64,000 nucleotides of DNA from contig JAHLWZ010000511.1 of assembly GCA_020536535.1 (NCBI GenBank), positions 1-64,000 on the forward strand, in the 5' to 3' direction. Shown here in pieces: positions 36,901 to 47,607 of the stretch. Every line of letters starts with the position of its first letter. The first letter of the stretch is position 1. The notes under the pieces were generated by a model. That model was given only the letters and a program-made list of their open reading frames with translations, was not told the DNA's origin and did not search any database. This DNA comes from Pelomyxa schiedti. Its lineage: Eukaryota > Protista > Evosea. A program made the translations under genes and the position numbers.

Positions 36901-39075
36901 CTTGGCTTAAATTTTTGTGATATTCAGGGCGTGTGGCAAAGGCAATTGAACATGTGAAAGTTCTGAAGCAGGTCCAACTCTCTCTGACAGTGGCGAACGT
37001 CTTGCAAGAGCCAGGGATAGCTGCTCTACGTACCCTTCTGGATGATTTTCTGGATGAAACGAAGTTGCTGGACGAAAAGATAAATGAGGCAACACAGAAT
37101 GGCATCGACTGTGCCAAAATCAACCTGTTGTTTGGCACTGCGGGAGGTGAACAGGTGAAGCAAAGGGTGGCCGATGTGGTAAAAATGAAGTGCAGCGCAA
37201 TTGAGGAGCGGCCAGGAGCGGAGTTCGAACTGGAGGATCTGGCAGGTTCACTGCTAACACTGAAGCCGGAGCTTTTGAGCTCCATCAATGCTGTTATTGG
37301 CAAAGCTAAAGACCGCATGAGGAAGAACAATGAAAACCGGGAGCGGGTTGTGCTTTCTCTGTTCAACGATAGATATGCAGAAGGGGTGCAAAGAGAACTC
37401 CTGAAGCTCAAAAAGGAATGGGACAAGAGTGTCTATGATAAACTGATTCTTGATCTGACTGGATCCTTCAACCAACTGTGTGTGGACAGGGCAAGCGTGT
37501 CCCCAAGTTCGTTTGAGTTCCTCTGGAAGGCCTCCAGTCTGATACAAGACCTCCCTTCCTCTGAGTTCACAAAGCTCTGCCAAGAGTTTCTGAGTATTTC
37601 CCTTGATATGATAAAAAAGATCCAGAAGGAAACGGAACCCATAGTCACCGCCGAATTCAACAAAGTTGCTTGCTTGCCAGGGCCCAAACAATCACAGCTC
37701 ACTGGATTGGGACTTGTGCTCTTCATATTGCCGTATTGTACCAGACAGGATGGTATATTTTCAGGGGATCCCCTTCGAGAGAAAGCTTCCAGCATGGTTA
37801 GAGAGTGTACCGCCCTGATGGAAGCCATAAAGAACCAGGCTGAGAAACTCCACAATGCTTTCCATTCTTCTCTAAGTTGCGGCAACTTCTTGGAGGTTAC
37901 AACCGTCCTGCCTGATATAAAGAGGTTGGAGTTGGGTCACAAGTGTCTGCAACCACTGGTAGCCCAGCTCCAGTTGAATCACCCTGCTTTTCCCACGTTC
38001 CAGGAATCTTGCAATAAAGCCAAGGAACAACTCGCCAAGATGTCTGCTGAATGCGATTATAAACTGGATGTTCACACTCCTGCCAGCTTTGCAGAAGTTG
38101 AAGTGATCTGGAAATCTGAAGCTGCAGTGCATCACCTGTTCAAGGAGGTACCTGAAACCACAGTCGAGTTTGAGATAAAGCAAAAGGTGACGAAGTTTTT
38201 CAATGAAAGGCACGCAACTGCTCTGAACCTATGGGATGCAGAGCCCAGGAATTATGCAGCAATAAACGAACTCCTGGTTCTCTTCATAAACGGCAGGTCT
38301 CTCTGTGGCACTTTGAACATTGGACCTCCCCAACAATTCATGGAAAAAGTGCTGGAGGGAGTAAGGACCGCTGCACTGCCACCTGTGCCAGATCCAAGCG
38401 AAGTTGCGAACATGCTTCGTGACGTTTCGACCCACAGCTGCTTCACGATAATGTGTGTGGACGAGTCTGGCTCAATGGACAGAGATCCCTGGATTTCCCT
38501 GAAGACCGCTGTCGAAGCCTTTTGCACCCGGCGCATCTCACAATGCGCACAAGCTTGTCTCCCTTGTGAAGATAGGGTCTGGGTGATTGGGTACACAGAT
38601 AGTGCCTTCCACCGAATACCAAGTTCACTCGAGGCAGAACCTGAACGTCTTGTTTCCGGACTTAGTTCCCGCCTCACTCACTTTGATGGTGGGATGGCGT
38701 CTTTCCAAGCTCCACTTACTGCTGTCAAGCAAGTATTGGATGGTCCAGGCAATTGGAGGTTCATCAGGCCTCCTCTTTTTTCCCCCTCAACTCACTGTTG
38801 GAAATAGGCCTGTTGCGGATATGATGAAAGTGCTTCTGTTCACGACTTATAGCAAGTGTGACGACGGTGATGCCGAAATGCAAAAGCTGTACAACGCACA
38901 CCCAGACTTGAAGGTGTTTGTTGTTGGATTTGGGGAGGGGTGTGATGCCGAAAGGCTCAAAAGTCTGGCTGCACAAGGTCATGGCTCCTACTTCGCCGGA
39001 CTAGACTCGGCAGCACTTATGAGAGTGTTTGACACTTTGGCTACTGCTATCTCTGCCCCGGTGATGTTTGCTTGA
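30951..39075 (+). CDS. Giant multidomain protein (at least 2675 aa): about 1000-aa beta-rich region, coiled coil, helical domain, MORN repeats, helical region, C-terminal vWA
   Basis: Exons 30951-36879, 36928-38758 and 38808-39075 join in frame (8028 nt). MORN repeats YxGxWxxxxxxGxG at about 35760-36410. vWA motifs CVDESGSM, VWVIGY, VLLFT and VFVVGFG. Confidence 0.85.
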
Positions 39076-39114
39076 AGTTACTTATTTGAACCCCTTAACT
39101 AATTTCAAATTTAG

Positions 39115-40497
39115 GGTTGTATGTTCAAAATTGAGGGTAGTGACTGCTATGTAGGACAATCCTGTCCAATTCCTTTTCATCCATTCCGGCTGGATGTACA
39201 ACCAAACGTAAGCGGAGGCATGACTTCACCACCAGAAAAGATGACACATGGCGAGACTTGCTTTGACGGAGCATCCCTCTTGCCAATAGGTTCTTATTTC
39301 ATTTGTTAACTATCGTTGAGCTTAACACTTATTCTTATTGATTTTTGGGTGGAGAAACTGCTTGGCACCGGCTCAAATGCTGCTGTGTTCGAAGTGAAAT
39401 TCCAAACCACAACATACAACTACAGCCTAACCCGTTCCCCATCATCATTGACTTCGTGTGCGAATGCCTGTGCTTCAGATTCTACAGCAGCAAAAACAAG
39501 AGACATGGTGATGAAGATCATTTTCAACTGGGAGAACGCACCCCAGCAGGCATTGTTGCAGAGCAAATACATGACTGAGTGTATTATCCTCTCATTGGTT
39601 CCGGATCACCCAAACGTGATCCACCCTCTTGGTGCTTTGGTCATCCCTTGGTATTTCCCCTCTTGCAAAATGGTACCTTTTTTCAACTCCGCCACAGCCT
39701 GCCAGCTGAGTTTGTGGAGAAAATACCAAGTGACAAAATGTATTTCAGGGAGAAACTGGCCAACAACAAGTCATTGGCCATCGTGATGCCCCATTGTGGG
39801 ATCACCTTGTCATCGTTCTTCTCGTCATCATCCTCCAGCAACAATTTGACGGTTGAAGGTGCATGGAATCTGTTTTTTCAAGGACTCCGTGCCATCTGTC
39901 ACATCGAGTCACATTTCGTCGTTCACAGGTTTGTTCCCAATTCCCACTCGATGACCAACACTGTAACAAAAACACAGGGACATAAAGGGAGACAACATTC
40001 TCATTGATCCAGAGACTGGAAAGCTGACACTGATCGACTTTGGTGAGTCTCAGCACTGCCCAAACATGGAGGTACATCTGTCGGCCATGTCACTACCATG
40101 GGGAAACACTGGCACGATGCCACCAGAGCTGAGCGTTTTTCTCAAGAGGATCACAAGGGGAACAAGTGGTGTGTTCTCATACTCAAAGTGTGACTCCTTT
40201 GCACTCGCCCTCACCTTCTGGAATGCCCTTCTGCCACAGGCCCACAGGTTCATTGGGAGTTCAATGAACCACGACATGAGCACGTTCAACACACAGTCAC
40301 TTCTCAGCCACTTCCCAGTGCCTTTGTTTTCTTTGGCAAGGTCACACCCACAACAACAGGCGAGGGAATCACCACAACAACAAACACGACAACACCAACA
40401 TGACAGCGTGCTCGAGTCAGTGATGATTGGGATGATGAACCCTGACAAAGCAGCCAGGCTCGGTGCTGCTGATGCCATCCATGAACTCACTTCTTAG
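39115..40497 (+). CDS. Ser/Thr protein kinase domain with PINK1-like motifs, possibly the 3' end of the giant gene
   Basis: LLGTGSNAAVF, VMKII, HPNVI, VHR|DIKGDNILI, LIDFGE, WGNTGTMPPEL and YSKCDSFALA. The junction at 39208-39355 is unresolved. Confidence 0.8.
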
Positions 40498-40716
40498 AAG
40501 ATCGTCAATTCATGATTGCCACTCTTTTTGTTCCACAACAGACATGCCAGTAAATTGGTCCCCTTTGTGAAATCGTCCAACTCCTTCACTCGTGAGTGAA
40601 AACGCTCCATATCCGCTGTTGTTGTTACAATGCTGTTACGTCCGAATCGATCACCACGCTTATTCTTTGAATTCGATGTGTACCAAGTCCCCAAGATAAT
40701 TAAAAAGGAAACCGTC

Positions 40717-41494
40717 ATGGTGCGAGCTGTTGCAATATACTCCAAAGACGTCTCCAAAACAGCTCCAATCGAACTCACACCAACATGGACATTCAATGAG
40801 CTTGCGAGGGCTATTTCCTCACAGCTGGGCTGGCAAGTGGGTTCGGTTTATTTTGGAAAACGCAAAAGGTTGTTTTCTACCACCACTGTTGAAAAGACTT
40901 TAGCAGAGTACCACCTTGCAAATGATGAAACAATGCTGTGTGTTGTCCTCGAATGTGACGGAGGTCGAGCTCAGATTAGTTTTTCCTCAGTGCCTAAGAT
41001 TCCCAGGTGTCGGTTTTGGCTTCTCCACAATGAAGACCATTAAGACCTGTTCATGGCAGCCTGCTCCCAAGTGGCGTAACCATATACCTGGTAATCTATT
41101 CCATTATCTTGATGTAAAGCTTATCAAGCCAAAGGTTTGAATCTGGAGGGAACATGTGCGTCACCCCTGTCTCAATGTGAGGCCTCAGGAAAGAGGGTCA
41201 TTGTACCTTGTGGTCTGGGCACGTTTGACATTGGGGAATGCTCCTCTGAGGCAAAATGCCCTATCTGTCATCAGTCTCTTGTTGTTGAATCGGTGGATAA
41301 CTGTGCTGTGAACAACTGGTGCGTGTCACGCAAATACTTGAGAAAACTAACTTGTGATAAGTCATTGGCAATACATTGGATCTACCAAAGGCCGGCGACA
41401 GGAAGATAGTGGAACAGTAGGAAATGAATGTGGTTGGTTTCCAACTGACACTGTTCAGTGGAGCTACCTCAAGATCACAACAAGAAGCTGCTAG
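40717..41494 (+). CDS. Ubiquitin-like domain (ending LECDGG) plus C-terminal Cys-rich putative Zn-binding domain, 215 aa
   Basis: Exons 40717-40963, 41007-41090, 41135-41318 and 41362-41494 (648 nt). Ubl features TFNELARAI, KTLAEYHL and GG, then APKWR...PGLNLEGTC...C...GLGTFDI...CPIC...NCHW. Confidence 0.75.
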
Positions 41495-41597
41495 AGTCAC
41501 AGTTAGCTGCACCAAGTCTAACCCCAATAACTCTCTGAAACGCTCCTGGAGCGAAGGTGTCTCAGACAATTTTATTTTTATTACAGTGACACCTGGG

Positions 41598-42669
41598 TTA
41601 ATTTCTTGTCACAGTAATAGTGGCACAGCAGTAGGAGTACTTTTCCAGGGGGACCATCATGGGTGAACCACCTCTTTCAGATACTTTTACTCCTTTTGTT
41701 GTTGTAACAAGGAGACTCCAACTACTGTGAGCTGAAACAGCTGCGAAGGGGTTTGAACATGCGGTTCCACATGAGCAGTTAGTGAACTCATATAGAACCT
41801 GCTGAACCCGGAAAGTTCCATAGCCATGAGTGGCAAAAATTGGCTTGCCACACCCACAGCAAATTCCTAAAGTGGTGAGGCCAACTGCATTGGTACAAAG
41901 GCCAAGCCTGGAGAGTACCCCAGAAAATTCAACAGAGTATGGCAGAGTGTCCACAATCTGCACGCACTGGGCAGTGGTTGTAGAGTTGAACGTTTTGGCA
42001 ACTGAGCAATTCACAAGATGAAACATATGGGAAAGGGACTGTTCCTTGCCAAGTTGTTGAACGAAGGCTTGGAGAAATGGGCTGCCCTCTGTGGTTCTCC
42101 AAGCATAGTGTGTTGGTGTTGTTGCGTAGGCAATAAAAAAGCAATGATCCACTGTGAAGTTCGTTCTCCCATCTGCCACCGCGAGGTTCGTTCTCCCATC
42201 TGCCAAAGGTGTATTTCCATTGCCCCTGCAAGCTTGAACGAGAATTATTCTAGGCTTACGGTCCAATGAACGGCAATTAGAAGTTCGGAACTGATCAGAG
42301 ACCCACTCCAACGGTACGGAAGAATCGTCACTACCATAAATCTGTGGTGACACGAAAGCAATTAAATCGAATGATTTTTTTGAGATAGAAAGTGACACAA
42401 CAAACCACGTTGTTGCCGCCATGGCTTGAGAGAATCAGAACGAGACAGCCCACCTGCGAGTAATCCTCTTTACTTGCAGCAGCGATCGCGCGCCGTATCG
42501 CTTCCCCCGTCAAGGCGCCAGCCGACGTGGACACGCTGAAGTTACGGTTCTCCAGTGCCGGGCGCAAGGCGTCTACGTCCCGCATGGCACCATCTCGCGT
42601 GTGCGTGTTACACACGATGTGGGCGCGTCCGTTCCATATGTCGTATGTTGTTTCACCTTCGCCTGTCAT
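41598..42669 (-). CDS. Animal-type caspase (C14A-like, QACRG) without a prodomain, with a C-terminal Cys-rich domain, 335 aa
   Basis: Exons 42406-42669 and 41598-42341. Motifs TRDGAMRDVDAL, LILSSHGG, FRTSNCRSLDRKPRIILVQACRG, FFIAYATTP and YAWRTTEGSPFLQAF. Confidence 0.9.
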
Positions 42670-42834
42670 TATTCCTTCAAAGTTCCGGGTTGTTTATTTC
42701 ACTTGGTGCTTGTTTGACGAGGATTGGCTCAAGACGAAAGGCTTTTTTTGGGAAGCACTGACAGGCTGAATGGCATTGATGTAGATCTTTACGATGCATT
42801 TAAAAATTGATCATCACTTGTAGCCGTATCAGAG

Positions 42835-44010
42835 ATGTGCGACGACGCAACAAGGAAGGGAATAGCGTCGCCACCAGAGCACGTGGCGTGGGCACGCCAC
42901 CAATTCGTTGCATTTTGCGTGGTGAGCGCCGCGCCTCGTTGCGCGGCGAAAAGCTTCCTCGCGGGGATTCCAAACAACGTTCTGGTGGACGAAATAGGCA
43001 GGAGGTGGATCATGGGCGTGAGCAGGCGGGCCGTCGTCGGGAGTTTGTACCGGAACGGGACAGGCCAGGCCCGCGGTGGGTACTGGTTCGTGAGTGTGTC
43101 CCACACACTCGGAGTGGTTAGAATATCCTCCGAGTTGGGAGTGAAGCCGTTCGGCGATGTGATCATGGGATGGCTCGACAGGAACATGGTCGTTTCAGTG
43201 AAGCCCACTGGGAAGGAAAGGTGTCCTGCCATCACGAGGTGGCCTTCGGGAAGTCTCAAGGCTTGCTTGAGGGAGCGTTACTCTTGGGGTTCTATAATTA
43301 CAAAGTTTGTAAGAAGCCGCAGTTGGGCTGTGGTGTACACACCCGGGAGGAAGGCGATGGAAATGTGGCCCATTCCGCTGTCATATTACCCTCTGGTTCT
43401 TGTTCCCCTGGGTTCCCAGGAAGAAGAGCTGATGTGGATGGATATCATTGATGGGGAACGGGGAGTTGTGTCTGTGAAGAAGGGTGAGCTTTACTTCCTT
43501 CGGTTCATTGACTTGGAAAAGACATACAAGCTCAGGGTTTTTTCCATTACACGGGAGTTCCAGCTGGACACCATATGTTGCGATGTCTACTTTTCCACCA
43601 AGCATGGAATCATTCTGTCACTTCAGTATCCTCCACCACACAAATCCCGGCAGCCTTCGTGGGCAGAGAGAGAATTCCAGATGGTTATCTTACATCCGAA
43701 CCAAGTGGTAAGCAGAAGCTACTTCATGGCAAGCAAAGTGGATTCGTGGCACTTTGTTCCAGCAGAAGCATGTCCCAGCCGTGGTGAAACCCATGTATAT
43801 TCAACAAATGACTTGGATCATGTATCACAGGTGTTCGTGCATGACCCAGATTCTGTGACCAGAGTCTCTGATGGCCTGATAGCAATCCAGTGCCAAAAAC
43901 ACATTGACCTGCTTGATGCCCTGACTGGCCGTTGGTTGTGGCGCCAGGCTGCCCCTCTTGATACTCAGGACATTCTCTATATGAATAACCTCAGGCTCTC
44001 CTCGTTCTAG
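42835..44010 (+). CDS. Intronless lineage-specific hypothetical protein, 391 aa (intact copy)
   Basis: Full ORF with an ARHQFVAF N-terminal motif. Partial copies lie at 6490-7094 and 50371-50672. Confidence 0.7.
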   Translation: MCDDATRKGIASPPEHVAWARHQFVAFCVVSAAPRCAAKSFLAGIPNNVLVDEIGRRWIMGVSRRAVVGSLYRNGTGQARGGYWFVSVSHTLGVVRISSELGVKPFGDVIMGWLDRNMVVSVKPTGKERCPAITRWPSGSLKACLRERYSWGSIITKFVRSRSWAVVYTPGRKAMEMWPIPLSYYPLVLVPLGSQEEELMWMDIIDGERGVVSVKKGELYFLRFIDLEKTYKLRVFSITREFQLDTICCDVYFSTKHGIILSLQYPPPHKSRQPSWAEREFQMVILHPNQVVSRSYFMASKVDSWHFVPAEACPSRGETHVYSTNDLDHVSQVFVHDPDSVTRVSDGLIAIQCQKHIDLLDALTGRWLWRQAAPLDTQDILYMNNLRLSSF

Positions 44011-47000
44011 TCATTTCAAAAAAAAAAAAAACTGTTTGCAGCAGTGTGCATCTTCATTCCATAATTTGCTATCCCCAGAGAGTTTTTTATGTGCTGAATC
44101 TTGAAGAAATCATGATAGTGTCTCATAGTGTATCTGATTGTGGTTCAGAGGACAAAAGAGTGGGTGACACATTTTCGGCAATGAAGCACCACTGTTTTCA
44201 AGATGTAGTTCTCGGCCAAATAGACAAGTAGGAAGCAAGCTGAATGATAGCCATAACTATACCGAGGACTTATTGGCTAGTTGTTCTACTATATAAATAT
44301 GATTGGGGATTTTAGTGAGATGCTCTTCAGAGACTGAAGGACTCCAGAGTCCAGCAAATTAGAACCTCTTTTTTCTGGTATTTCCACTATGCAAGGTGGA
44401 TCCCGGATTTGCGCTCCTGTCAGCACTGGCCTCTTGCCAAACTTGTACTAGTTCGGGTGGAGTGGAGATAAGAACTCTGGATCCCTGGCAGCAAAGTTCA
44501 CCAGAACCAAATAGATGCCATTACTGTAATGTATGGAGGAGCAGTAGAGTCTCACGGTCGGAAATGTGTTGCTTGTATTTCCTGTCACACGTACAATGTG
44601 CAACCAAGCTACGCTTGATTCGTGAACACTCCTCAAATTCTTGAGTTGGGTGGAGTGTGGTTGACTCTTAGGATTTGAACCAGTATTCAAACGGCTGATG
44701 TTGATTTTCCTGTCCGGATGGCTGGTCCATTTAAGAGATAAAAGGGTGGTCCACTTTAAATTATGGGTGCCAATGAAACGCTGAAGGAAAGGGGGGGGTG
44801 AAGAAAAACAGAACAGAACAGGAAGCACAATGGGTTCTTTTGGTGGCCCAGTTAGATCAAACCGGAATTGTTCCCTGCCTCCATTAAAAGAATAATGAGT
44901 AATAAGCCTTCCAAGAAGTGGGAACCACAGGGAACACCCCACGATAAAAGCCATGCTGGGTATAGACATCACATTACTGTTGAAAGCAATTCCACAGGTA
45001 CGCCGACTCACATTGAATGGAACCAATAGCGAATGTTGTCACTCTTCTCTTCCTCCTCTCCACTCTGGGGGCTAAAGGTTGTTCACTCGGCACTTTACGA
45101 GGAGTTGACGTACTCAACGCTCACAGCGATCTGGTGCCTGGGGTGCCCAATTAATGGTAATGGCGCTCAAAGAAGTTGTAAAACGTGTTTGGTTATCACC
45201 AAAAGACTCTTGTTGTCCACCTTCACAATATTTCCTATCTTGGAGTGCAGAACTTTCCAGATTGATGGGCTCTCATATTACTTTCGGCTGAAGTTGCAGC
45301 GTTGCGCCATCTATTTTGCCTGCGGCATTTCCCAAACACTACAATCAGCTTAGCTGTAGCACTCCTGCATAGTAACAAAAAAAGAGGAACGTGTAAAGCT
45401 GGGAGTTCTGGTAAAGCTGTTCACGTTGCTCAATTGGACAATCTTTTCTGATACACGGGCAACCTTCCTCCACTCATCCAGGGAAACCTGAATGAACTGT
45501 CAAAGCTGAAGACAAACTTGGGCTGCCGTTCATGTAGATGTTTCATTCTGGATCCCTGGCGGCAAGTTTTGATGTTCCTCAGCATGACAAGGTGCATGTT
45601 CCTCAGGAAGTGTAATGCACACTGCCCCATTTAATAGATAAAAGTGGTCCACATTGAATTATGGGTGTGACGGAAGGCGACACGTAGTTTTTTTGGGTCT
45701 TTGAATTGAATGAATGGCTTCAGAGCTAGGATGGTAATTATCAGCCCTGAAGTGCGGTACCGACAAGAATACATCGCCTCCTATCACACAGGCGACAAGA
45801 ATCTAGCTTCAGAAAGTTAGCTTCGCAAGTTCTGCAGTATTCCCTTGTAGAGTTTGAAGTATATGTATCTCTTCTCTTTCTTTTGCACCTCAATCAACGC
45901 ACCACATATTTTGCTAATAGCTTTCCGGGAGGCATATATTTCGACAAGGGACTCCGGGTGCCACATGGTCATTTTGTCTTCTTCAAGCATGGGAGAGACA
46001 GAGACCGAGAGTGCATTGTACAGGATCTTCTTTGGGCAACAAGTATCCAGACTCGTCCAGCTATCTTGACAAGATCCAGAACAAAGGCATGAGCTGAAAA
46101 GTATGAACTGTGTCCTAGAGAAGCCTTTACAGAAGGAACAGTCATTCCAGCACTCCAAAGTAGCAATAGGTCTCCAAAACAAGAAATATATGCACTGATA
46201 CCAGACCAGCCAGAGAGAGCTAGATTTGAAACAGGGAAACCAGAAAGTCCCACAGAGGAGAGTAGATCTGGCCATATTGACAAGGCGGCCTTGTTGTTAT
46301 AACATGGTGGAATCGTGATTATGGCTGTGGAAAGTGACATTGTGGAATTGTGTTATCAGCTGGCACTCAAGTGGATACTTTTGGCACTAAGCTGAGCATT
46401 TCCAGCACTAGCAGCACCCACCTGGAATTCTAGTTGGCATGGGGGTGTTCTTAAACATGAACTGGGCTTTATAGTCCTGAGAGGAGGTTGGCACATTGTT
46501 TGCCACATTGAAGAGTGGATGGGAATCATAAATTGCGGGTATGCCATGAGAAAGACTCCCAAATACTTGTGGCCATGAGGAAGATGTTTTGGAGGATTTA
46601 GTTCCTACTGGAATCAGTGGGGTCCCTCGAAGAATGCTTCCGTGCATCTTACCCCTATGGCTTCCTCACCTGGCACTGTCCAAGTTCGATGATTCCGTCC
46701 ACCTCGTGATCATGTTCTCTCCAACAAAACAGTCCCTAGAGACTCGACGCGGTGTTGGAACACCGGCACAACAAAACGCACCAGCAAAATTACCCAGTCC
46801 ACTCCCACTGCAGTTTTAAGAGCTGCATGAGGAGCACACATGTGCCCTGCTTTGCTTCTTCTTCTCTGGCTCTTGGTTTCCAGGTTCTGTCTCCAAATGC
46901 TGTGCAGCTTGTTTACTTGGATGTGCCAGTCAGAATCTATGCTGGCTTCTGGTCTGAAAGCTGCGCCAGTGTGGGACGTCCATCTGAAGTGTTGTTAGTT

Positions 47001-47573
47001 CTTCCATTAACCAGGAACACCTCACCACAGCATGTAGCATTCCACAATTGGTGAGCAGGGCATTGTGTAATGGAAAGTTTTCTCATAAAAACGGCAGACT
47101 GCCAGACCCAGAAGTTCTCTCGGAGCTTTCTCTGGTTTAAGGTTGTCCTTCTGTTGTTTATGATTATACAACCAAAGAGAGTCTCAGACTGCATTACATG
47201 TGTTCTGAGATTTGAGGAAGAGGAGCAAGATTGGGACTCACACTTTTGGGCATCAACGGGGCAGAAAACGTCCTGGTTCTCTGTACCCTGTGAAGGGAAA
47301 ATTCTGAAATGTCTGGACCACATCTGGACCAGACACATTCTACCGCTTTGTGGTCTTTCCAGCCTCTGAGGAGCATCACATGGCAAGATCTGAAGACCCA
47401 AAAAATTAAAAGTGTGAGTCCCAAAGATGTTTACACAGCTGTCTCATTTCTAAATATATTTGAGAAGGTAAAATATTCAGGTGACAAGCTGTACTTAGTG
47501 GTACTTGCATAGTAAATTAAGACGGCTGATTGCGTATTTCAGTAATGTGAAAAAATGAGTACTTAAGGCGATG

Positions 47574-47607
<34 letters not shown>

